Below are positions 62,188 to 64,000 of a DNA stretch of 64,000 bases, one piece after another. The translations under genes were made by a program, and so were the position numbers. The stretch is from an uncultured Gemmatimonadales bacterium (GTDB lineage Bacteria > Gemmatimonadota > Gemmatimonadetes > Gemmatimonadales > GWC2-71-9). The stretch is from positions 96,001 to 160,000 of the forward strand of contig CAWCFX010000001.1 of assembly GCA_963795085.1 (NCBI GenBank), given 5' to 3'. The number at the start of each line of letters is the position of its first letter. Positions within the stretch are counted from its first letter, which is position 1. Below the pieces are notes generated by a model, which did no database searches, was not told the origin of the DNA, and worked only from the letters and a program-made list of their open reading frames with translations.

Positions 62188-62641
62188 GGTTCCGCTCCAC
62201 ATATCGCGCGATCCCCGCCAGGGTCCGCGAGGCAATTCCGTGAATGAACACCGGGCCGATGACCAGCTTCGCTGCGGCCCTTCCCACGAGGGGCCAGGAC
62301 GGACCCTCCCACTCGTGAATGATCGTTACGTCGGTGCCGCCCTCCGCTGCTTCCATCTGCCACACCACATCCATGCCCCGAGTGATCCCTTCGATGTGGC
62401 GGTAACGGACCTGGCCCGCCACCCGGTCGATCTCCATGTGGGAGACCCACCAGGTGGGATAGCGGACGATCCCGAAGGGCCGCCAGGCCGCCATCTCGAC
62501 GATTCCCGCGTCGCCGGCGCGTTCCCGCATCCGGACCCAGCGGTAGTGGCCCAGCAGGGCGGGCCACTGCTCGACGTCGGCGGCGGCTGTGAAGACCGGC
62601 GCCAGCGGCGCCCGCATGAACCGGCGATCCACGGTTCGCAT
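62180..62641 (-). CDS. SRPBCC/START polyketide cyclase-like protein
   Basis: APLAPVFTAAADVEQWP, GMDVVW, TDVTIIH. Confidence 0.85.
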   Translation of the reverse strand: MRTVDRRFMRAPLAPVFTAAADVEQWPALLGHYRWVRMRERAGDAGIVEMAAWRPFGIVRYPTWWVSHMEIDRVAGQVRYRHIEGITRGMDVVWQMEAAEGGTDVTIIHEWEGPSWPLVGRAAAKLVIGPVFIHGIASRTLAGIARYVERNHG

Positions 62642-63333
62642 TACCCGGGTCTCCACGTGGCAACCAGGCGGTAGGGCGGCTTGCAATCACAGCGAGCCGC
62701 GATCCCGGCCTCCCGGAAGAGTCCGCGGAACTCCTGCAGGGAGTACCCCCGCCGCACCGAAGTGATCCCGTCGAGGCGGGTGGGCCGATCAAACCGGAGC
62801 AGTCGCGCCGCCACCCAGAACCCGGCCACCGCCAGCCGGGCCCGCTCCAGATCCGTGACGATGACACCGACCCGGGCGACCCGGTCGCACTCCTGGAGGA
62901 TGCGGATGGCCGCGTCGCGGCGGAGATGGTGGATCAGCTGGCTGACCAGCACCAGGTCCACGGACCTGTCCTGCATCGGCAGGGAACCAGCGCAACCCAC
63001 CATCGCGGGAATGCCGCCGTCGCGGGCCAGGGCGGCCGCCGCAAGACTCCGGTCCAGTCCGAGAGGCCGGAGGACAATGCTCCGCCGCGCGGCCCACCGT
63101 TCCGCCACGGCCGGGAGGTCGCCGGCGCCGGTTCCCACATCGAGGAGGGTCAACGGAGAGGCCGGAGTGAACCCACGGAGGACCAGCCCCAGCCCGTGGC
63201 GTAGCGCGGCCCGGCCGCCCAGCCAGCGATTGGAGCGGGCGATATGGCGGAGCGAACTCCGCACCACCAGCGGATCCGCGGCGGGATCGTCGAGCAGTTC
63301 CACCCCGACCGTCGCCGTGGCGAGCCCGGTCAT
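62641..63333 (-). CDS. Class I SAM-dependent methyltransferase
   Basis: ELLDD...NRWLGG, LLDVGTGAGD, IHHL, DLER, DGITSVRRGY. Confidence 0.88.
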   Translation of the reverse strand: MTGLATATVGVELLDDPAADPLVVRSSLRHIARSNRWLGGRAALRHGLGLVLRGFTPASPLTLLDVGTGAGDLPAVAERWAARRSIVLRPLGLDRSLAAAALARDGGIPAMVGCAGSLPMQDRSVDLVLVSQLIHHLRRDAAIRILQECDRVARVGVIVTDLERARLAVAGFWVAARLLRFDRPTRLDGITSVRRGYSLQEFRGLFREAGIAARCDCKPPYRLVATWRPG

Positions 63334-63812
63334 CCCCGCGCCATCCCGGCGTAGCCGCCCCGGTAATAGAGAAGCGGCTCGCCCTCGCTGGTGCCCCCGC
63401 CTACTACCCGGCCGATGTAGATGGAGTGGTCGCCCGCAAGATGGACCGCCTCCCGCGCGCACTCGATATAGGCGAGCACCCCGTCGAGGATGATGCCGCC
63501 CCGGTCGCTCCGCGAAAACCCCACGCCTTCGAACCGGCGGGTGCCCTGGTCGGCGAAACGGCGGGAGACGGCCTCCTGGTCCGCGGCCAGGATGTTGACG
63601 GTAAAGCGGTCGGTTCCGCTCAGCGTTCCGTGCATCTCGGCCGAGTGGTCAATACACAGGGACACCAGGGGAGGATTGAGGGAAACCGAGGCAAGCGAGT
63701 TGGCGGTCATGCCTGCGGGGTTGCCGTCCCCATCCTGGGCCGTGATCACGGTTACCCCGGTCGCGAAGCGCCCCAGCAGCTGGCGGAACCTGGCGGAATC
63801 CACGTCGGCCAT
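63330..63812 (-). CDS. Flavin reductase family protein
   Basis: FATGVTVIT, GMTANS, SLNPPL, GDH, PLLY. Confidence 0.93.
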   Translation of the reverse strand: MADVDSARFRQLLGRFATGVTVITAQDGDGNPAGMTANSLASVSLNPPLVSLCIDHSAEMHGTLSGTDRFTVNILAADQEAVSRRFADQGTRRFEGVGFSRSDRGGIILDGVLAYIECAREAVHLAGDHSIYIGRVVGGGTSEGEPLLYYRGGYAGMARG

Positions 63813-63813
63813 G

Positions 63814-64000
63814 TCAGATCACCATTCGCGAAAGGAAGAGCGGGTTGAGCACCCGGCGCGCCGGCACGAAGTCGGCGGTGACGCCGATCAGGGTGTGGGC
63901 CATCGAGCCGCGCCGCCCCAACCGGTCCACGGCCCGGTCAAAGAGCGCCGGGGCCAGCATGCCGTAGCCCAGCAGCCGCTCGACGGCCCACTTGCCAAGA
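63814..64000 (-). CDS. C-terminus of a probable NAD(P)/FAD-dependent oxidoreductase (truncated by window edge)
   Basis: Own translation ...GKWAVERLLGYGMLAPALFDRAVDRLGRRGSMAHTLIGVTADFVPARRVLNPLFLSRMVI*; function inferred from context only. Confidence 0.5.
   Translation of the reverse strand, partial: LGKWAVERLLGYGMLAPALFDRAVDRLGRRGSMAHTLIGVTADFVPARRVLNPLFLSRMVI

Overview
High-GC bacterial chromosomal window. Gene content suggests Gemmatimonadota (inference only). It is densely coding, and I saw no rRNA, tRNA, transposase or CRISPR. From left to right: a partial aminotransferase, dacB, and a ~19.5 kb minus-strand glycan locus (GT-C membrane transferase, GT2/GT4 enzymes, a GT2-NodS-NodB fusion, Wzm/Wzt). 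Next come a HEAT protein, an acyl-CoA dehydrogenase, metH-yitJ, yggU/yggT, an acyl-ACP desaturase, a GNAT, Yip1/cutA, PAP2, modABC, pruA and a TPR-ABC-M16 peptidase operon. The right part holds an AdoMetDC-like gene, a nucleotidyltransferase, a cNMP-binding protein, DsbA-VKOR, kup, acs, a STAS protein, a receiver, ccmABCD, an aquaporin and the end of a ketosynthase/cyclase/methyltransferase/flavin cluster. Main highlights, all read by eye: (1) a GEMM-I riboswitch with A at the Vc2-G20 position (candidate 3',3'-cGAMP sensor), lying between a sigma54-like promoter and a STAS gene, with a visible RBS-proximal switch; (2) a SAM-II riboswitch with a terminator/antiterminator upstream of metH; (3) tandem GT4-GT2 paralogues that appear to have lost opposite active sites; (4) other probable pseudoenzymes; (5) a ~124-bp tandem hairpin array and a ~177-bp palindrome built from 9-mers. 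Start codons were adjusted by eye and no database searches were run.
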